Counted from the first letter of the whole stretch, positions 1-10,424 are shown. The stretch: DNA of 63,986 nt, filler included, from 5 parts of 5 records of this genome joined end to end with filler, not necessarily neighbours in it; one strand, 5' to 3'. A program made the numbers and translations. The notes: generated by a model from the sequence alone, not told the origin.

Positions 1-1
1 G

Positions 2-283
2 GAAGTGGTGTCGCGCATGCAGCATCGCGGTACGGCACGGCGGCGGCCGGTGATCGTGTCCGGCATCACGGAGGGTGCGCGCGGCGATGCCCTGATGATC
101 GGAGAAAAGAGCGTCGGGATGATTGGCAGCGTTGTCGATGGAACGGCTGTTGCCATCGCCCGGATCGACAAGATTGCCGATGCCAGAGCGGCGAGTGTGG
201 CGGGCGCGCCGGTCTCGCTTGCCCTGCCCGAGTGGGCGCGCTACGGTTTTGCAACGCCGGGCGGCGATTCCGAAGACGACTAG
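2..283 (+). CDS. ygfZ: Folate-binding Fe-S maturation protein YgfZ, 3' part (5'-truncated at window start)
   Basis: Frame begins EVVSRMQHRG, the tail of the YgfZ signature KGC(Y/F)xGQEVVSRM; followed by an HD hydrolase as commonly seen in Hyphomicrobiales. Confidence 0.8.
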   Translation, partial: EVVSRMQHRGTARRRPVIVSGITEGARGDALMIGEKSVGMIGSVVDGTAVAIARIDKIADARAASVAGAPVSLALPEWARYGFATPGGDSEDD

Positions 284-294
284 GATCGAGAACA

Positions 295-897
295 ATGGCA
301 CGCGCACAATCCCGCGCCTGGCAGCGCATGCTTTCGGGGCGCCGCCTCGATCTACTCGACCCCTCCCCCATCGACGTGGAGTTATCCGATATTGCCCACG
401 GACTGGCGCGAGTGGCGCGCTGGAACGGGCAGACCAAGGGTGATTACGCATTTTCGGTGGCGCAGCACTCGGTGCTGGTGCTCGAAATCGCTTCGGCCAT
501 GGATCCGGAGATCGATGACAAAGGGCGGCTTTACGCCCTGCTCCACGATGCTCCCGAATATGTGATGGGCGACATCATTTCTCCCTTCAAGGCGGCCATG
601 GGCGGCAATTATCGCGAAGTGGAGGCACGCCTGCTCGGCGCCATCCATGTCCGGTTCGGCCTGCCGGCCATTGCGCCTTCTGCACTGACCAAGCTGATCA
701 AGCGGGCCGACCGGGAAGCGGCGTTTTTCGAGGCAGTCAATCTGGCCGGGTTTGCGCCCGATGAGGCGCGGAAATTCTTTGGCGAACCGACGCTGGCGGG
801 GTTCGATCTTCCGGGCTTTGACCGGCTGATCCGGCCATGGCCGACCCAGCAGGCCCATGACCACTTCGTGGATGTTTTCGAGAGCCTCGGCACGTAG
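295..897 (+). CDS. HD-domain phosphohydrolase (YfbR-like)
   Basis: RAWQRMLSGRRLDLLDP N-terminus, FSVAQHS, LLHDAPEY (HD motif), KRAD; start placed at ATG 295. Confidence 0.85.
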   Translation: MARAQSRAWQRMLSGRRLDLLDPSPIDVELSDIAHGLARVARWNGQTKGDYAFSVAQHSVLVLEIASAMDPEIDDKGRLYALLHDAPEYVMGDIISPFKAAMGGNYREVEARLLGAIHVRFGLPAIAPSALTKLIKRADREAAFFEAVNLAGFAPDEARKFFGEPTLAGFDLPGFDRLIRPWPTQQAHDHFVDVFESLGT

Positions 898-931
898 CTC
901 TGCGGCTCAACCCACTGAAATTCCTAAATTT

Positions 932-1009
932 TTAATCTCATTTTACCCATTAACCTTATGGGGGATGATGCTTTGCGTTAACGGGTCGGAAAGGTTGATA
1001 AAGCGTTAA
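932..1009. promoter_or_regulatory. Putative CtrA-binding sites upstream of ORF 1034
   Basis: TTAA-N7-TTAC (932-946), TTAACC half site (950-955) and TTGA-N7-TTAA (995-1009) versus the CtrA consensus TTAA-N7-TTAA. Confidence 0.5.
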
Positions 1010-1033
1010 GACGCCGCAACCGGAGAGACGTCC

Positions 1034-1588
1034 ATGCGCTTTGATCGGCCCCACAACCGCCCCCGCAGAAGCATTGCCCTGCGCTATCGGGCCGGCGTTA
1101 CCGCCGCCCTGTTTCTGGCCGGAATTTTCGGAGCCGGGCTGGCCAGCGTGACCGCTGCGCGCGCCGACGGGCTGATCAGTCACGCGGCACCGCCGCTGAC
1201 CACGCTGGTGAAGTTTTACGACCGGCAGTACGAAATTGCCTATGCGGATTCGGTTTCGCTGGAGCCGGTCTCCTCGGCCATCGTGCGTAAGGTCGGATAC
1301 GGGCATGTGCGCGAGGTCAACATCGCGACGACTTCAAGCGGCACTTATTCGAGCGACGGGCTGGTTTCACCACATGTGCTCTATCCGGGGATAGAGGTTG
1401 ACCGGGTGTACGACGAACCCCGGCACTATCACGGCTACAGCCTGTGGCCGCAGGGATCGAGCTTCATGATCCTGTCGGTGGGCCGCAATCCGGTCAGCGG
1501 CAATGTTGTGGTCAACAACGTCTCGGACCGGGGCGTGCGCTCGTGCTCGGCCAGTGGATCGTTCGTGTCCTGCTACCGGACCTACTAA
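1034..1588 (+). CDS. Hypothetical exported protein
   Basis: GGAGAG RBS; basic N-terminus, hydrophobic segment ending ARA; C-terminal CSASGSFVSC pair; stop overlaps the stop of the convergent hydrolase gene. Confidence 0.6.
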   Translation: MRFDRPHNRPRRSIALRYRAGVTAALFLAGIFGAGLASVTAARADGLISHAAPPLTTLVKFYDRQYEIAYADSVSLEPVSSAIVRKVGYGHVREVNIATTSSGTYSSDGLVSPHVLYPGIEVDRVYDEPRHYHGYSLWPQGSSFMILSVGRNPVSGNVVVNNVSDRGVRSCSASGSFVSCYRTY

Positions 1589-2622
1589 CCGAACCGCCAG
1601 CCGGGTTTGAACTTGTAGAAGACGTGCAGGCCAACCTGAGCAAGCTTGTCCATGTTGCGCGCCCAAGCGGGCCGGACATAGGTTGCGTGGTAATGCGTCG
1701 CGTCGGCGACCTCGGTGAGGTAGATTTCCTCGCTGAGCACTTCCTGTGTGATGGACTGCGCCAGATCCCAGGCTGCGACTTCCGAGGTGCGGTTGACGTT
1801 GGTCTTGCCATCGCAGGCAAATGAGAACTGGCACGCATTGCGGCGATGCTGGTTCTGATAGACCACGCCGCAGATCGTGTCGGGATAGTTGGGGTGATCC
1901 ACACGGTTCATGATGACCTGTGCGACGGCGACCTGGCCGCGATAGCTTTCGCCCCGCGCCTCGAAATAGATACCCGTCGCCATGCACCATTGTTCGCGCT
2001 CGGAATAGGTGTGGCTGACGGTGAACTCGGTGGCCGGGGTATTGGCGCGGCCATAAGCGAGGGTTTCGGGAACGCCCACCGGGCTTGGGATGTTGGGGTC
2101 CCGATCGGCGTCTTCGGAAATAGCGTCGATGGCAGCCAGGCCGGCCGAGCTGACCATATCGGGGTCTATCGAAGCGACCGAAATGCGCGGGCCGCCCTCT
2201 TCCTCGACCTCTTCACCCGCGGCGACCATGACGCTCGATTGCTGGGTGGCATAGGGATCGCCAGCCGAGCGGGCTGATGCAATCGAGAGCCGCACCGCAT
2301 CAAAGGCCTGGGAAAAGGCAACGAGATTGACCTCGGGCAGCGCCCTGTCGGTCTTGTCGGTTCTGTTGGGACCCGAAAACATCGCTGACTGAAACAGCGG
2401 GGCAACGGTGCCGGAAATGACGGGCTGATCCCCTTCGAAATCAAGGGAGGCGGTGGCGACAGGGGGAAGCTCGACCGCTGGATCGACGGCGCGGAAGCCG
2501 CCGGTGCCGGGGACGGCAAAGCCATAGACAACGACGCTTAGCGTCAGTGCCCCTGCTGCCTTCAAAACTCTACGCGAGGCACGCGCCGGGTTGGCACGCA
2601 CCAGGGAAATCCCATACGCCAT
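1585..2622 (-). CDS. Cell wall hydrolase, SleB/Hydrolase_2 family
   Basis: CMATGIYFEARGE, GQVAVAQVIMNRV, ICGVVYQ, CQFSFACDG, ATHYHATYVRPAW; N-terminal membrane anchor. Confidence 0.9.
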   Translation of the reverse strand: MAYGISLVRANPARASRRVLKAAGALTLSVVVYGFAVPGTGGFRAVDPAVELPPVATASLDFEGDQPVISGTVAPLFQSAMFSGPNRTDKTDRALPEVNLVAFSQAFDAVRLSIASARSAGDPYATQQSSVMVAAGEEVEEEGGPRISVASIDPDMVSSAGLAAIDAISEDADRDPNIPSPVGVPETLAYGRANTPATEFTVSHTYSEREQWCMATGIYFEARGESYRGQVAVAQVIMNRVDHPNYPDTICGVVYQNQHRRNACQFSFACDGKTNVNRTSEVAAWDLAQSITQEVLSEEIYLTEVADATHYHATYVRPAWARNMDKLAQVGLHVFYKFKPGWRFG

Positions 2623-2881
2623 ACTAACGCTTTTCTACGCCACAAACACTGACCCGCCGGCCTTGCGCCGAGCACCGGACTCATCGATGAAAAATACGCC
2701 ATCGTTCCGGTGTCGATCGATCCGTCTGGGGCTGCGATGCATAGGTGCAACACCATACCGATCAAATGCCGACAATCTCGATGATCGTTGATTAGGGTTA
2801 TGAAGGGGTAAACACCGGCAAATTGGCGCTGAAACGTTCAGATTGCGGCAGCGGCAGGGTTTTGTGGCGGAGCAATTGTGG

Positions 2882-5155
2882 TTAACCGGCGTCGTCGGAC
2901 TGTGCCAGAACCATACGTGCCACCGGAACGCGGTAGGGCGAGCAGCTGACATAGTCGATGTCGAGGCCAGCGAAAAAGCGCAGAGAATTTGTCTCGCCCG
3001 CATGTTCGCCGCAGATGCCGACCTTGAGGTGTGGATTGACCGCCCTGCCCCGCTCGATGGCGATGCGGATCAATTCACCCACCCCGCGCTGATCGATCGT
3101 GACGAACGGGTCGACGTCATAAAGCCCGCGGCGGTGATAACTCGCAAGGAAGGCCGGGGCGTCATCGCGTGAGATGCCATAGGTCGTCTGGGTGAGGTCA
3201 TTGGTGCCAAAGGAAATGAAATCGACCTCTTTGGCGATATCGCCTGCCCTCAGACACGCGCGGGGCAATTCGATCATTGTGCCGAAAGCGAGATTGGCGC
3301 CGCGCTGGAACACCGGCGCATTGCTCACGATGTCCATGATGCGCGATTTGACCCATGCCACCTCACGTGCCGAAGTGACGAAGGGCACCATAATCTCGAG
3401 ATTGACCGGAAGATCCTGGTTGTCCATTGCCGCTTCGACCCCGGCCACCAGGGCCCGGACCTGCATGGCGAGGATTTCGGGATAGGTGATGACCAGCCGC
3501 ACGCCGCGATGGCCCAGCATCGGATTGACTTCGTCGAGCCGCTGCAGGCGCGCCTTGAGAGCCTTGAGCGACAACCCCAGTGCTTCGGCGGTATCTTCGA
3601 TATCGTCCTCGCTGCGCGGCAGGAATTCATGCAGCGGTGGATCGAACAGGCGCACATTGACCGGCTTGTTCTGCATGGTCTGGAACAGCGCGGCATAATC
3701 GGCGGCCTGGTAATCGACAAGGCCTTCGAGAGCGGTGGCACGATCCTGCTCGTTCTCAGACAGGATCAGGCGGCGCAGGGCGCGCATGCGCTCGCCGGAG
3801 AAAAACATGTGTTCGGAACGCGCCAGCCCGATGCCCTCGGCCCCAAAGCTCAGCGCCGTACGCGCGGCTTCGATGGTTTCGGCATTGGTCCTCACGGCAA
3901 TGGTGCGGGTATCGTCGGCCCAGTCCAAAAGCCGCGACAGCGCCCCGCCGATGTGGGGGCGCGAGAGGGGAAGCGCGCCCTCGTAGATCGTGCCTTCGGA
4001 GCCATCGATGGTGATGCGCTGGCCGGCGGTGAAGATCTTGTCGCCGATCTTGCAGGCGCCGTTTTCCGCATCGATCTGCAGCGTCCGTAGGCCGGCCACG
4101 CATGGCTTTCCGGTTATGCGGGCCACGACTGCGGCATGGCTGGTCATGCCGCCGCGCGCCGTGATGAAGCCGGTGGCCGCCTTCATGCCCTCGATGTCCC
4201 CGGGGCCGGTCTCCATGACCACGAGAATACAATGGCGGCCGCGTGCACGACAGCGCGCAGCATCATCGGGGGTAAAGACGATTTCGCCGCTCGCCGCGCC
4301 GGGCGACACGCCCAGGCCGGAGGCAATGGCGGGCGCCTCGTGGTCGTCGGTAAGGCGCGGATGGAGCAATTGCGGCAGTTGGGTGGGGTTGAAGCGCCTG
4401 ACCGCTTCGGCCGGCAACCAGACGTTGGCGTCGACACGTTCCACCGCCGCTTCGAGCTGCGCGCCGGCGCTGACCTGAACCGGGCGGGCCGAAACCAGAC
4501 GGGCGATATCGCCCTCGATCGACACGACGCAGGCCATATGCTGTCCGGACGCTGCGTCGATGGTTTCGATCAGCTTTGCTGTGCTTGCGGGCAGTTTTGG
4601 TAGCGGCTCACCGGGCGGTGCGACCGGGCCAATTCGGCCCGTTGTCGTGTTGCGGGAAAGAAAATGTTCGATCCGGCCGCTCACAATTGCCTGTACGATG
4701 ACGATCTGGCTGTCGTGCGCCTCGCGCTCTGCATCGCTGGCCCAGCCAGCCAGCGGGGGGCCATAGCTGGCAAAGGCGGCGTTGATCGCCTTGCCCATGG
4801 CGCGCTGTGGATCGACGGCCTCAAGCTCGTTGGAGGGCGCAGCCAATCCGGTGCGCGCCGGCTGAAGGCCCGCGATATGGCGGGGCGCCGATGTGCGAAC
4901 GACAAGCTCGGGCGGTTGTTTACCTGGCGTTACCAGCTTGAACAGGGTGGTGACCCAGACCTTGCGCAGCGTATCGGTTCCCGTCTTGCGTTCGGCCTGA
5001 AGCGCATCCCAGGCAACGCGGGTGATGGCGATGGTGGGCGCCACTGCGAGCCCAGCATCGGCGACGACGTGGAGCCAGCGGGCCTTGCCGACAAGAAGAC
5101 GCAATTGTGCGCGGCTCAAAGAGGGCTTTCCCTGAGCCGGGGCAATTGCGAACAT
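2882..5155 (-). CDS. ppdK: Pyruvate,phosphate dikinase-like PEP-utilising protein with a shortened, degenerate nucleotide-binding domain
   Basis: GGMTSHAAVVAR phospho-His motif, EVNPMLGHRGVR, SFGTNDLTQ, GICGEH, YVSCSPYRVP; start placed at ATG 5155 because the longer 966-aa ORF overlaps ispH. Confidence 0.85.
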   Translation of the reverse strand: MFAIAPAQGKPSLSRAQLRLLVGKARWLHVVADAGLAVAPTIAITRVAWDALQAERKTGTDTLRKVWVTTLFKLVTPGKQPPELVVRTSAPRHIAGLQPARTGLAAPSNELEAVDPQRAMGKAINAAFASYGPPLAGWASDAEREAHDSQIVIVQAIVSGRIEHFLSRNTTTGRIGPVAPPGEPLPKLPASTAKLIETIDAASGQHMACVVSIEGDIARLVSARPVQVSAGAQLEAAVERVDANVWLPAEAVRRFNPTQLPQLLHPRLTDDHEAPAIASGLGVSPGAASGEIVFTPDDAARCRARGRHCILVVMETGPGDIEGMKAATGFITARGGMTSHAAVVARITGKPCVAGLRTLQIDAENGACKIGDKIFTAGQRITIDGSEGTIYEGALPLSRPHIGGALSRLLDWADDTRTIAVRTNAETIEAARTALSFGAEGIGLARSEHMFFSGERMRALRRLILSENEQDRATALEGLVDYQAADYAALFQTMQNKPVNVRLFDPPLHEFLPRSEDDIEDTAEALGLSLKALKARLQRLDEVNPMLGHRGVRLVITYPEILAMQVRALVAGVEAAMDNQDLPVNLEIMVPFVTSAREVAWVKSRIMDIVSNAPVFQRGANLAFGTMIELPRACLRAGDIAKEVDFISFGTNDLTQTTYGISRDDAPAFLASYHRRGLYDVDPFVTIDQRGVGELIRIAIERGRAVNPHLKVGICGEHAGETNSLRFFAGLDIDYVSCSPYRVPVARMVLAQSDDAG

Positions 5156-5359
5156 CTGCTGGGAAGGCGCAACCAAGAGAAAAACCCCAACTGAATCGGT
5201 GCCATATTGCCTGTGTGCCGAGGTTCCGGCAACAGGGCAGAATTGTCTTTTGTCGCGCTTCCGAACCGCAAAAGTCTGCAACTTTTGCTGGAAGCGCTCG
5301 TGCAAAACGCCACAGCAAGGTGGCTTGACTTGGGCAGGGACAAACCGCATGTGAGGACC

Positions 5360-6334
5360 ATGACCGACAAGCCCAGCCTCGACATCCTCTTGTGCGCGCC
5401 GCGCGGCTTTTGCGCCGGCGTGGATCGTGCCATCCAGATCGTCGATCTGGCGCTCAAAAAGTATGGTGCGCCGGTCTATGTGCGCCACGAGATCGTCCAC
5501 AACAAGTTCGTGGTGGACGGGTTGCGCGCCAAGGGTGCGATCTTTGTCGAAGAGCTCGAGGAAATCCCCGAGGGGACGGACGCACCGGTGATTTTTTCGG
5601 CGCATGGGGTGGCCAAATCGGTGCCTGCCGAAGCCAAGCATCGCAACATGTTCTTTCTCGATGCCACCTGCCCGCTGGTGACCAAAGTTCATGTGGAAGC
5701 CCAGCGCCACGCCGAGGACGGGCACGATATCGTTCTGATCGGTCACAGGGGGCACCCCGAAGTGATCGGCACCATGGGGCAATTGCCGCCGGGCAAGATC
5801 ACGCTGATCGAAACCGTTGCGGACGCCGAGGCGTTTGCGCCGCGCGATCCGGACAATCTGGCGCTGGTCACGCAGACGACGCTTTCGGTCGACGACACCA
5901 GCGCCATGGTGATGGTGCTCAAGAGCCGGTTTCCAAACATCTCAGTGCCAGCCAAGGAAGACATCTGCTACGCCACAACCAACCGGCAGGAAGCTGTGAA
6001 GGCTGTGGCGCCCCGGGTGGATGCGATGATCGTGGTGGGGGCTCCCAATTCGTCTAACTCCATGCGGCTGGTGGAAGTGGGCGAGCGGGCCGGATGCAGG
6101 GTTTCGGTGCTCGTCCAACGGGCCAATGATATCGACTGGGATCAGTTCGGGGATATCTCTTCGCTGGGGATCACCGCAGGAGCTTCAGCGCCTGAATCGC
6201 TTGTTGAAGAGGTGATCGAAGCGTTTGCCGAGCGGTTTACGGTCAAAGTCGAACTTGCTGTGACGGCCGAGGAAAACATCGCCTTCAACATCCCCCGCGT
6301 GTTGCGCCAGCTCGAAGAGGCGTCGGGGCATTGA
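5360..6334 (+). CDS. ispH: 4-hydroxy-3-methylbut-2-enyl diphosphate reductase
   Basis: [57 protein letters not shown] before ATG 5360. Confidence 0.97.
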   Translation: MTDKPSLDILLCAPRGFCAGVDRAIQIVDLALKKYGAPVYVRHEIVHNKFVVDGLRAKGAIFVEELEEIPEGTDAPVIFSAHGVAKSVPAEAKHRNMFFLDATCPLVTKVHVEAQRHAEDGHDIVLIGHRGHPEVIGTMGQLPPGKITLIETVADAEAFAPRDPDNLALVTQTTLSVDDTSAMVMVLKSRFPNISVPAKEDICYATTNRQEAVKAVAPRVDAMIVVGAPNSSNSMRLVEVGERAGCRVSVLVQRANDIDWDQFGDISSLGITAGASAPESLVEEVIEAFAERFTVKVELAVTAEENIAFNIPRVLRQLEEASGH

Positions 6335-6774
6335 GCGAGACTGTGATTATCCACACCGACGGGGCTTGCTCCGGCAATCCCGGTCCCGGCGGCTGGGGCG
6401 CGGTGCTCGAATACAACGGTACGGTCAAGGAACTCAAAGGCGGTACTGCCCAGACCACCAATAATCAGATGGAGCTGACGGCAGCGATAGAGGCGCTCAA
6501 TGCGCTCAAGCGGCCGTGCGCCGTGGAAATCCACACCGACAGCCAATACGTCAAGAACGGCATTCAGGGCTGGCTGCACGGCTGGAAGCGCAATGGCTGG
6601 AAGACAGCTGCGAAAAAGCCGGTCAAGAATGTAGAGCTGTGGCAGGCGCTCGATGAGGCGACCAAGCGGCACACCATCACCTGGCACTGGGTAAAGGGCC
6701 ACGCGGGGCACGATCTCAACGAACGTGCTGACCGGCTGGCCAATGAGGGCATGGCGCCGTTCAAGGGGCGCTAG
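6331..6774 (+). CDS. rnhA: Ribonuclease HI
   Basis: [42 protein letters not shown] start overlaps the ispH stop. Confidence 0.97.
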   Translation: MSETVIIHTDGACSGNPGPGGWGAVLEYNGTVKELKGGTAQTTNNQMELTAAIEALNALKRPCAVEIHTDSQYVKNGIQGWLHGWKRNGWKTAAKKPVKNVELWQALDEATKRHTITWHWVKGHAGHDLNERADRLANEGMAPFKGR

Positions 6775-6789
6775 TTCACCTGTCCGCGC

Positions 6790-7770
6790 TCAGTGCGCGG
6801 CAGGCTTTTCCCTACGGAACAAGCCCAGCACCGGCGCAATGGCGAACTCGGCAACCGGGATCAGGATAAAACCGATCACGAGGCCGAGTATTCCGGAGAT
6901 GACAGCAATCGAAAGCCAGTTGAGGGCGCCCGCAATGGCAGGGATCACGCCTCCTACCAAGTGGGCGACGTCTTCGATCCAGTGCTCGGGCCCGGCAAAG
7001 CCCATGCCTGCCAATCCGTGGACGATGATGCCGCCGCCGACCCAGAGCATGGCGGCAGTGCCCACGATGGCGAGCCATTTGAGAAAAACCGGCATGCCGG
7101 CGACCAATCCCCGGCCAATGGCACGGCCCAAGCCGGTCTTGCCGTCCTTTGCCAGATAAAGCCCCGCATCGTCGGCTTTGACGATCAGGGCCACACCGCC
7201 ATAAACGAGAATGGTCATGCCAAGGGCCACAACCAGAAGCACCAGCGCCTGGTTAACGACGTTGCCGGCCGGGATCTGCGCCAGTGCGATGGTCATGATT
7301 TCGGCGGACAGGATGAAATCGGTCTTGATGGCACCGGCGACCTTTTCGGCCTCAAGTTTTTCGGCATTGGCGGCGGACGGCACCACCTTTTTCTCGTGCT
7401 CATGCGCCTTGTGCGGAAACAGGGCCTCATAAACTTTTTCGGCGCCCTCATAGCACAGATAGGCGCCGCCCAGCATCAGCAGGGGATTTATCATCCAGGG
7501 CAGAAACGCGCTGAGCAGCAGGGCGGCGGGCAGAAGGAAGATCAGCTTGTTCTTGATCGAACCCCAGGCAATCTTGCCCACGATTGGCAGTTCGCGCTCG
7601 GGCTTGAAGCCCTGCACGTATTTGGGGGTCACCGCAGCGTCGTCGATCATCGCCCCAGCGGCCTTGGCCCCGGCTTTCATCGCCTGGCCGGCGATATCGT
7701 CAAGCGAGGTTGCGGCGACCTTGGCGAGCGCGGCAACATCATCGAGAAGGGCGAGTAGGCCGACGCTCAT
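6790..7770 (-). CDS. DUF808 (YedI-like) inner membrane protein
   Basis: GLLALLDD, IDDAAVTPKY, RELP, TDFILSAEIM, VKADD, GTAAMLWVGGGI; multiple TM helices; start at ATG 7770. Confidence 0.9.
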   Translation of the reverse strand: MSVGLLALLDDVAALAKVAATSLDDIAGQAMKAGAKAAGAMIDDAAVTPKYVQGFKPERELPIVGKIAWGSIKNKLIFLLPAALLLSAFLPWMINPLLMLGGAYLCYEGAEKVYEALFPHKAHEHEKKVVPSAANAEKLEAEKVAGAIKTDFILSAEIMTIALAQIPAGNVVNQALVLLVVALGMTILVYGGVALIVKADDAGLYLAKDGKTGLGRAIGRGLVAGMPVFLKWLAIVGTAAMLWVGGGIIVHGLAGMGFAGPEHWIEDVAHLVGGVIPAIAGALNWLSIAVISGILGLVIGFILIPVAEFAIAPVLGLFRREKPAAH

Positions 7771-7825
7771 GTCAAAAAGTCCCCTATTGTGTCTTTCAAA
7801 ACCGCTTGTGTAACGATCGGGTTCC

Positions 7826-9922
7826 CTAGCCCGCGACCTTTGAGAAGTCGGCGACCAGATGCATCGTGTCGCGCAGGGAGGCCAGAAGGTTGAGGCGGTT
7901 GGCGCGGATTGCAGGGTCGGGGTCGTTGACGAGGACCTTTTCGAAGAAGGCATCGACGGGCGTGCGGAGGGAGGCGAGCACCGAGACGGCGCCAGTATAG
8001 TCATCGTTTTCAAGGCGGGCGGTGACGTCGGTGTCAGCCTGCTCGACGGCGGCGGCAAGACTCTGTTCCTCGGGCGTGGAGAGGCTCGCGATCTCGACGG
8101 CGCCGGAATAGGTGCGGCTGTCCTTTTTTTCCTCGGCGGTGAGGATATTGGCGGCGCGTTTGTAGCCAGCCAGCAATGCCTTTCCGTCCTCTGCGTCGAG
8201 AAGGGAGCCCAGAGCATTTACGCGCGAGACAATCTGCAGGATGTCGTCGCTGTCGGATGAAATCACGGCATCGACGAGATCGTGGCGGGCACCGGAATCT
8301 CGAAGAGAGACCTTGAGGCGGTCATGGAAGAAGGAGAGGAGGCCTGCAGAGACCTCCTCCGGGCCAGCGAGTACGCCCGACGGAAGTTCCTCGACGAAAA
8401 ACGCCGCCGACTCTACCAAATCCAATACCCTCAACCGCAACTCGTTATCCACGATCAGCCGGATCACGCCCAATGCTGCCCGGCGCAGAGCGTAGGGATC
8501 TTTTGAGCCTGTGGGCTTTTCGTTTATCGCCCAGAAGCCGGCCAGAATATCGAGCTTGTCGGCCAAAGCGACGGCGATGGAGACGGGTTCGGTGGGAACG
8601 CGGTCGGAGGGGCCTAGCGGCTTGTAGTGTTCTTCGATGGCGGTGGCGACCTGGGGCTTTTCGCCCTGGGCCAGCGCGTAATAGCGGCCCATAAGGCCCT
8701 GAAGTTCGGGGAATTCGCCAACCATGCCGGTGGGCAGATCGGCCTTGGAGAGTTTTGCGGCGCGCCTGGCGTCATCGACATCGGCACCGACCAGCGGGGC
8801 GATTTCGGCGGCGAGCTTTTCGATGCGGGCGACGCGCTCGGCCTGGGTTCCCAATTTGGCGTGGAAGACAACGTCTTCGAGCTTGGGGAGATTGTCGGCG
8901 AGCGGGGTTTCGAGGTCGGATTCGTAGAAGAATTTGGCGTCGGACAACCGGGCGCGGATGACGCGCTCATTGCCCGCGACGATGGTCTTGCCGTCGTCTT
9001 CGGCGATGAGGTTCGATGTCAGGATGAACTTGTTGGCCAGCTTGCCGGTCGAAGCATCGCGCAGGCAGAAGCATTTCTGGTTGGCGCGGATGGTGGCGAT
9101 GATGGCTTCTTCGGGGACCTTGAGGAAAGCCTCGTCGAACGAGCCCATCATGGCGACCGGCCATTCGACGAGCCCGGCGACTTCTTCGAGCAGGCCTTCA
9201 TCGACGATCAGCTCGAGCCCCTGCGCGAAGGCAAGCTGTTCGGCGTCGGTTTTGATGATCTGCTTGCGGCGGTCGATATCGAGAACGACTTTGGCCCGTT
9301 CGAGCGCCTGCACATAATCGTCAAAGCGCCGCACCTTGATGGCGTCGGGCGCCATGAAGCGGTGGCCGAACGTGGTGTTGCCCGAGGTGACGGGCCCCAA
9401 TTCAAATTCGACCACATCGGGTTCTTCGCCTTCGGGGCCGAAGGTTGCGGTGATGGCACGCAGCGGACGGACCCATTCGAGCCTTCCTGTTCCCCAGCGC
9501 ATGGGCTTGCCCCACGGGAAGGATTTGACCGTGGCGGGCAAAATTTCCTGCAAGATCTCGATGGCCGGGGCGCCCTTTTTCTCGATCACCGCGACGTAGA
9601 AATCACCCTTCTTTTCGTCGGACTGAACCTTGGCCTCATCGATGCTAGAAAGGCCGGCGGCGCGCAGGAAACCATCGACGGCCTGCTGGGGCGCGCCAAC
9701 CTTGGGGCCTTTGCGCTCCTCGCGCGTGTCGGGCGATGCGGCGGGCAGACCGGTGACGGTAAGCGCCAGACGGCGCGGCGTGGCGAAGGCGCCGGCGCTT
9801 TCATAGACCAGCCCCTTTTCGACCAGTGCATCGGTGACGGCCTTCTTGAGATCCTCGGCGGCGCGGCGCTGGAGGCGCGCGGGGATTTCCTCTGAAAAGA
9901 GCTCAAGCAGCAATTCGGGCAT
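7826..9922 (-). CDS. glyS: Glycine--tRNA ligase beta subunit
   Basis: [48 protein letters not shown]-type C-terminus with NRL. Confidence 0.98.
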   Translation of the reverse strand: MPELLLELFSEEIPARLQRRAAEDLKKAVTDALVEKGLVYESAGAFATPRRLALTVTGLPAASPDTREERKGPKVGAPQQAVDGFLRAAGLSSIDEAKVQSDEKKGDFYVAVIEKKGAPAIEILQEILPATVKSFPWGKPMRWGTGRLEWVRPLRAITATFGPEGEEPDVVEFELGPVTSGNTTFGHRFMAPDAIKVRRFDDYVQALERAKVVLDIDRRKQIIKTDAEQLAFAQGLELIVDEGLLEEVAGLVEWPVAMMGSFDEAFLKVPEEAIIATIRANQKCFCLRDASTGKLANKFILTSNLIAEDDGKTIVAGNERVIRARLSDAKFFYESDLETPLADNLPKLEDVVFHAKLGTQAERVARIEKLAAEIAPLVGADVDDARRAAKLSKADLPTGMVGEFPELQGLMGRYYALAQGEKPQVATAIEEHYKPLGPSDRVPTEPVSIAVALADKLDILAGFWAINEKPTGSKDPYALRRAALGVIRLIVDNELRLRVLDLVESAAFFVEELPSGVLAGPEEVSAGLLSFFHDRLKVSLRDSGARHDLVDAVISSDSDDILQIVSRVNALGSLLDAEDGKALLAGYKRAANILTAEEKKDSRTYSGAVEIASLSTPEEQSLAAAVEQADTDVTARLENDDYTGAVSVLASLRTPVDAFFEKVLVNDPDPAIRANRLNLLASLRDTMHLVADFSKVAG

Positions 9923-10016
9923 GGTCGGGGTGCCTTGGAAACGGGAGTTTTATGCGGGTCGAACGGGTAGCAGGGGTGCGCAGAAATGTCCATTATTTGT
10001 CTTGTGGGGCGCGGAA

Positions 10017-10043
10017 GGCCCCCTCACCCGTCGCTTCGCGCCG
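10017..10043 (+). repeat. Truncated alphaproteobacterial REP-like palindromic repeat at contig end
   Basis: CCCCTCACCCGTCGCTTCGCGCCG resembles the opening arm of CCCCTCACCC...CCCTCTCCC intergenic repeats; cut by the gap. Confidence 0.45.
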
Positions 10044-10143
10044 NNNNNNNNNNNNNNNNNNNNNNNNNNNNNNNNNNNNNNNNNNNNTTAATTAATTAAN
10101 NNNNNNNNNNNNNNNNNNNNNNNNNNNNNNNNNNNNNNNNNNN
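10044..10143. other. Artificial contig spacer (N run with TTAATTAATTAA linker)
   Basis: 44 N + TTAATTAATTAA + 44 N; the linker has stops in all six frames. Confidence 0.99.
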
Positions 10144-10424
10144 ACATAGGCCATTTCGGCATTGCCGCGCTGCAGCGCATCGAGATCGGCGTTCTGACCG
10201 AACAGGGCGCCCGAGTCATAGAGCTGAATGTCGAAGCGGCCCGGCAGCAGCTCTTCGAGCTTATCGGCAAACACCTGCATGGCCTGGGTGTGCAGATCGG
10301 TCGGCACCGAAACGGTGGTGAACTTGAGTTCAATCTGTTCCTGGGCCAGGGCCGGCGTTGCCACAAGGGCGGTGGCGAGCGCAGTCGCGGTCATGGCGAC
10401 CAGGGCGGTGTGCTTAAGGGTCAT
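10144..10424 (-). CDS. dctP: TRAP transporter solute-binding protein DctP, 5' part (3'-truncated by gap)
   Basis: Signal peptide ending ALA-Q, GRFDIQLYDSGALFGQNADLDALQRGNAEM; GGGAGG RBS. Confidence 0.85.

Noticed and set aside
5156-5782. N-terminal 209 aa of the 966-aa ORF 2882-5782
   Set aside because: Antisense shadow of ispH plus intergenic DNA; PPDK similarity starts only after 5155
7771-8217. 149-aa N-terminal extension of the DUF808 ORF
   Set aside because: Alternative frame of the glyS 3' end; the family N-terminus begins at 7770
8627-9895. 422-aa plus-strand ORF
   Set aside because: Antisense shadow of glyS
10088-10099. TTAATTAATTAA recurring four times (possible repeat or CRISPR)
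   Set aside because: Synthetic six-frame-stop linker inside N spacers
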